A stretch of DNA of 64,000 nucleotides, taken from contig JBLWGC010000173.1 of assembly GCA_048772705.1 (NCBI GenBank), positions 231,371 to 295,370 on the forward strand, given 5' to 3'. Below, piece by piece: positions 60,443-64,000 of this stretch. The notes under the pieces were generated by a model. It made no database searches. It saw only the letters and a program-made list of their open reading frames with translations, and was not told the origin of the DNA. Source of the DNA: Leidyana gryllorum EB-2025a (Eukaryota > Protista > Apicomplexa). Every line of letters begins with the position of its first letter. Positions within the stretch are counted from its first letter, which is position 1. The position numbers and the translations under genes are program-made.

Positions 60443-63400
60443 TTACCAATTGGCTGAGTCCCCGGGGAGCATGTTCTGCCGGATTAGTGGGTCGGTGCAG
60501 GTGGTTGGACAAGCACATCCGCCAAAGGTGGAGAAGTCCATTGTTGGAAGATATTCAAGACGAGTCCATTGTTGGATTTCATCAATTCGCTTCTCTTTGA
60601 TGGATTTGCTCAACCAAGGGTCAGTAACGGCGATCTGTCCGATTGCATAATGCACTCCTGAGATAGAGTATAAGTCTTGTGGAATGGCTGCCCTCAAAGA
60701 CCGGTAGAAGGCCTGCAGGTCACGTCGCTGAGCGGCGGTCAAGTGGGCCAGGTCTTCTCCAGGATCTGATTGCACCTCCTTACTCAGCACTACAACCGGA
60801 AGTTTCGATAGTTGACCTTTGATGATGATAGCTTCGGAGCTCAAAGGAGCTTCATCATCATCGCTGTGGTGGACTCGGTGCCACACTCGGCGAATGGGAA
60901 CCTGTATTCTTCTACTGGCCTCTTTAGCGCGATCGGCCTCTCGAGCTGCTCTCAGGCGTGCTTGTCTTTGCCGCTCTTCTTTCTTGAGTTCGCGCTTCGC
61001 TTTGCGGGAAAGTGTCCGAAGAGGGCGCTGCGGTTGTTGCACAACATTAGGGTCTGTATTCTCCCGTTGCTCTGAAGGAGGGCATTCCACTTCTGCCTTG
61101 TTATCCATGTCGGTGTCCAGCTCGGGCTCGACTTCTGCCTTGGGCTCCATGTCAGTGTCGACTGCGGGCTGCGTTTCTGCATTGGGCTCCACTCCGGTGT
61201 CGACCGCGGGCTCCAGTTCAGCCTTGGGCTCTATGTCAGTGTCGGCCGCGGACACCTGATCGAATAACCCGCGGACGGCTTCCACCGAGGCTGCACCAAG
61301 ACCGCGTTTCTTGACGGCTTGGTGGTGTTGCTCCTGCTCAGTCACTGTTTTGAGCGGAAGACGCTCTTTCAGAACACGCGGTGTCACTGTCTTGTTGCCC
61401 ATTGCAAGATTGATGTCGAGCCAAGTTGCCTCTTGACAGTTGCCGGTGACCAAGTCATGTACAGCCTGATTCCATGGGTAGTCCCACCAACCTATGGAGA
61501 AGGGTATAATTTTGATGGAGTAGCCATGAATATTCTTGAGATTGTACATGAGAGTGTAACAGACGAAGATGTCATTGGGAGATTGGAAGGTCCGCAAGAA
61601 GAGAAGGTATTGTATCTGCATGAGTACAATGACCTTATAACGATGCCAGTGCCAATGGCAGTCAGTGAAGTTTGCAGCAGATATGCAGGCGACTCTGCGA
61701 CATCCTTCAGGCCACTCGCATTGGAAGGCAGGTATATCTTCAGGTTGACCCTTCAGGTAAGCTTCTTTGTTCCGTATTTGTTCGATTGCATCACTCGACA
61801 GGAACCCTGAATTGACTTGTTCGGTGACGTACTGATCCAACATTCTGTTCCACACCAAGAAGGGCATCTCAACGTGTTTCAGAGTGTCGCCGTGTTTTTT
61901 GAGTACTGGTATAGGAAGGCCTTGGGTCCCTTCGGCTGCGAACCAGGTTTCTACATTGGGGAACTCGATGCCATTCAGCTCCATAGGGACCTGTTCTCGT
62001 ACGTGACGAATGTTTTCCGCATTCTTCCTCACGACCTGCTCAACAGCTTCAGTTAATTCAGTGGCCGAGTGGTAAGCGCTTATGTTGTAGGTGAGTGAAG
62101 ATATGGGTGTTGTGTAGTTTTTGACCCACTGTAGATACACATCCATACGATCCTCGGGGGTGTTCGCCTCGCTTGGTGGAGGCACCTCTCCGTTGAGCTC
62201 CACCCATTTGAAGATGTTGTCGGTGCGGACGTATTGACTAACAATCTTTACTTCCACCAACGGTAGAGTGAAGAGTTGCTGTTTGATCTTTGACAGATCT
62301 TGGTGTTCCATAAGATCCAATACGCCAGGAGCAAAGGAAGGGATGCAAGAGCGTGTATGCATATGATAGAGGGCGTGTTTGATACCCTCAGGGAGCACGA
62401 GCTCCTGGAATCTCCACAAAGCCATAAGCCGATCATAGATGACTTCGAACTGTTCTGGGGTCCTGCCAGGGAAGGAGACGAATGAGGGGGCGCGAGAGGT
62501 GGTTGGTGGGGCAGGCGGGGCCTTTCCCAGCAGGTTCCAACGTACCAATATGGGCGATCAGTCGCCTCCCACTGGAGTGTCGACGTAGAGGGAAGCTCTG
62601 AGGGTGGTAGAAGATGGTCGAGGAGCTGCCAATCAACGCTGGAGAGGCAGTCTATGGCCGGGTAGACAGGCACGACTCGGTCAGAAGGGCCGGTGCCTCC
62701 AATGAGGGCATGTAGCTTTTTGATTAGAGTGTTTAATGTATCACCGTCAGCAATATGACGTTCATTGGTGATTGCGTAAGTCAGTTTGTCTTGACTTTCT
62801 ATGTTATAATGAGTAATCAAACCTCGAGCTTGGATGTTGTTTGGCTCCTCTATGTCGAGCTGTTCCAACGCGCCGCGGAATACGGTGACCTCCAGTTTAG
62901 GAGCGACCAAGAAGACGGCTGGCGCGCCATAACAACACCATAGGAGAGTTTGGAGGGAGGGGAATGTGGCATAGAATCTGCGGCGAGGGGGGAGCAATAT
63001 CTCGAGATCCTGCTGACCCCAGCAGATAGATCGGAGATTTGTAGGTGTGAGAATGAGGATGGCTTTCAGTATCTCAAGAATCTCCACTGGAAGCCCGGTT
63101 CGGGCTCCTGTGAATCCAAAAGCGACAGTGCAGAGCTGTGGTAAGGACCGGAGGACCCATGGACGGAACCAGCGACATCGCGAATAGAACGTCACCCACA
63201 AGTAGGTGGACCCCAAGGTGAGATGTCGGGATATTAATTCATTTTCGATAAAGTGCTTGTGCTGCCGAGATAATCTGATCAACGGAGCAATCTCAAGTGG
63301 TGTTAGGAACTGATATAACTCATTCTGAACTGTTGTATGCCAGATTCTTTTCTGCTGTTGAGGCACACTTCCCGCTTCGGATGGTACCCGATCAGGCCAG

Positions 63401-64000
63401 GACAAGGCTGTGTTTAAGTAACCAGGCAGCTGAGGAGGTAAAACGTTGTTCAAAGCCTCCTCCTCCGCAGCACCAAACAGTTCCTCCAGCCCCTCTTCCA
63501 TCAAAATTTCGCGAGCTTCGCTGAAAAAGTTTACTAGCGCCTGGGTGCGTTTGAAACCCAAGCTGGCACCAGCTGACGCCAATCCGACGGTGCCATTTGC
63601 TTTGCACTGGGACTCGCAAGATCAGCCCACCACCTTTGGGTTGTTGTTCCGCGAACTTCAGCTTGCACAGCTGGTGGCGGAGGTGCGGTGGAGTGTGTCG
63701 GTTGAACTCCGTGGGGACCAATCGCCCGCGTTGGGTCAACCCAAAGCTCCAACGGAACATAAACCTGCGAAATTTGTGACGGGGCACAGCGAGGGACACA
63801 AACTCACAGAACTGCTGTTTTCAACGCTAGTGCTGGCCGAAGAACCATGTTTGACATACTTTGAGTAGTCCATGATGGGCAGGCAATGGAGGCGAACCCA
63901 TTCTGCAGTTTGAGTGATGTCTCCATTCTTGACTTGACGACACAACCAGTCCGAAACAATTGGCAAACGGCCAACCACGTGGATCGGGGTGAGCCAAAGG
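60443..64000 (-). CDS. Large hypothetical protein with an F-box-like and LRR-like region (probably 5'-partial, multi-exon)
   Basis: ORFs 62248-63582 and 60443-62548 join in frame through an 83-nt GTACGT…pyrimidine tract…CAG intron (62545-62463). ELYQFLTPLEIAPLIRLSRQ is F-box-like, followed by LPQL/NLRSI/FPSLQTL/PKLEV segments. The link to ORFs above 63582 is unresolved. Confidence 0.55.
61085..61255 (-). repeat. Coding tandem repeat, about 4 x 42 bp (DTD(I/M)EPKAExEPx(V/L))
   Basis: DTDIEPKAELEPAV / DTGVEPNAETQPAV / DTDMEPKAEVEPEL / DTDMDNKAEVEC. Confidence 0.85.

Noticed and set aside
62248-62548. Programmed -1 frameshift between the overlapping ORFs (GGGAAAG present)
   Set aside because: The heptamer is in the wrong frame. 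A canonical 83-nt GT-AG intron (62545-62463) joins the ORFs in frame.

Overview
This is gene-dense eukaryotic nuclear DNA, not prokaryotic. It holds about 26 protein genes on both strands, most broken by short (mostly 37-50 nt) GT-AG introns, so many of the supplied ORFs are exons or antisense shadows. Intergenic spacers are often under 40 bp, and three convergent gene pairs overlap in their coding ends. A glucan water dikinase homologue, a secreted kinase and the compaction suggest an apicomplexan or related alveolate; this is inference only. Recognisable genes are REV3, succinyl-CoA ligase alpha, an oxalate-CoA-ligase-like enzyme, dTMP kinase, SRR1-like, IFRD-like, RRM+KH, GWD-like, RPS30, Enhancer of polycomb, MAPR, CCT, an RNF4-like RING protein, THOC2, a secreted kinase, BCCIP, PARN, an ankyrin protein, a divergent SLC6-like transporter and an F-box/LRR-like protein. 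The best candidate for something new is an intact, intronless, gammaproteobacterial-type guaB-guaA pair (17012-20251) kept in bacterial operon order and interlocked with host genes, which suggests a horizontally acquired operon. Also notable are a GWD homologue with Pro at the catalytic His position, an acyl-CoA ligase lacking its catalytic Lys, and A/T homopolymer tracts marking most gene starts. I found no rRNA, tRNA, CRISPR array or mobile element. Family calls come from motifs recalled by eye, not database searches, and only some exon boundaries were resolved.
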